Positions 63,514 through 64,000 of a DNA stretch of 64,000 bases are shown one piece after another. A model generated the notes under the pieces. It saw only the letters and a program-made list of their open reading frames with translations, did no database searches and had not been told where the DNA came from. Position numbers and translations under genes: made by a program. The first letter of the stretch is position 1; each line of letters starts with the position of its first letter. The DNA is from Octopus sinensis (Eukaryota): positions 5,518,001 to 5,582,000 of the forward strand of contig NC_043011.1 in the NCBI RefSeq assembly GCF_006345805.1, read 5' to 3'.

Positions 63514-64000
63514 ATATGAGATCACCATGTCGCGCACGAATGGTTGTGATGTATGTGTCTGGTGTACTTTTATCAAACGGGTAGTCATGATGGGTATATT
63601 GGGTTTCATATAATTGTACCCCAGTGTCACTTTGATGGCATGCACTGCCCTCTCACTCAATAATAATAATATATAAACAAGTTTTAACGTTCTAGCTCAC
63701 TTCCGGTGTTGTCCAAATTTGGACATACGACTGTTTAACATAATAGCAACCATTATGATATCTGTAGATATGTATTCTATGCATGTAGGAGTGTGTGTGT
63801 GTCTGTGTGTGTGTGTGTGTGTGACTGTGCCTACGTACCAATTTATCCCTTTGTACCGAAACTAAAACAATTCTAGAATCGTTTGAGCATCGCACAAGAT
63901 ACCTCGTGGTATTACTTTCGCCTATTTCACGTTCTGAGTTCAAATCCTGCCAAGGTCAATTTTGACTTTCATGTCTCTAGGCTCGATAAAATGCCGGACC

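Overview
AT-rich eukaryotic genomic DNA, very dense in microsatellites and transposon debris. The SINE families and repeat landscape look cephalopod, most likely Octopus (inference from recognition, no search run). Only one host gene is confidently identifiable: the last three coding exons of an OXNAD1-like FNR-family oxidoreductase (+, 3797-8550). A dispersed tRNA cluster (14.3-28.2 kb) holds three intact tRNA-Ser genes (2x TGA, 1x CGA, near-identical bodies), several decayed tRNA-Ser copies and one tRNA-Glu(CTC). Mobile DNA makes up most of the rest: R4/Dong-like REL retrotransposons sitting in (TAA)n tracts (one with an open ~620-codon frame), CR1-group LINEs, CRE-clade, Tx1/L1, RTE and Penelope fragments, a rearranged hAT transposon, Tc1/mariner, piggyBac and hAT MITEs, non-autonomous Helitrons and at least three SINE families. 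The most unusual signal, read by eye, is about nine minimal hammerhead-ribozyme-like motifs of unrelated sequence, several in (TA)n tracts or in inverted pairs and foldbacks. There is also a plausible orphan two-exon gene (45857-48464) and some weaker exon candidates. Most of the ORF track is microsatellite or SINE artefact. A 100-N assembly gap lies at 58428-58527.
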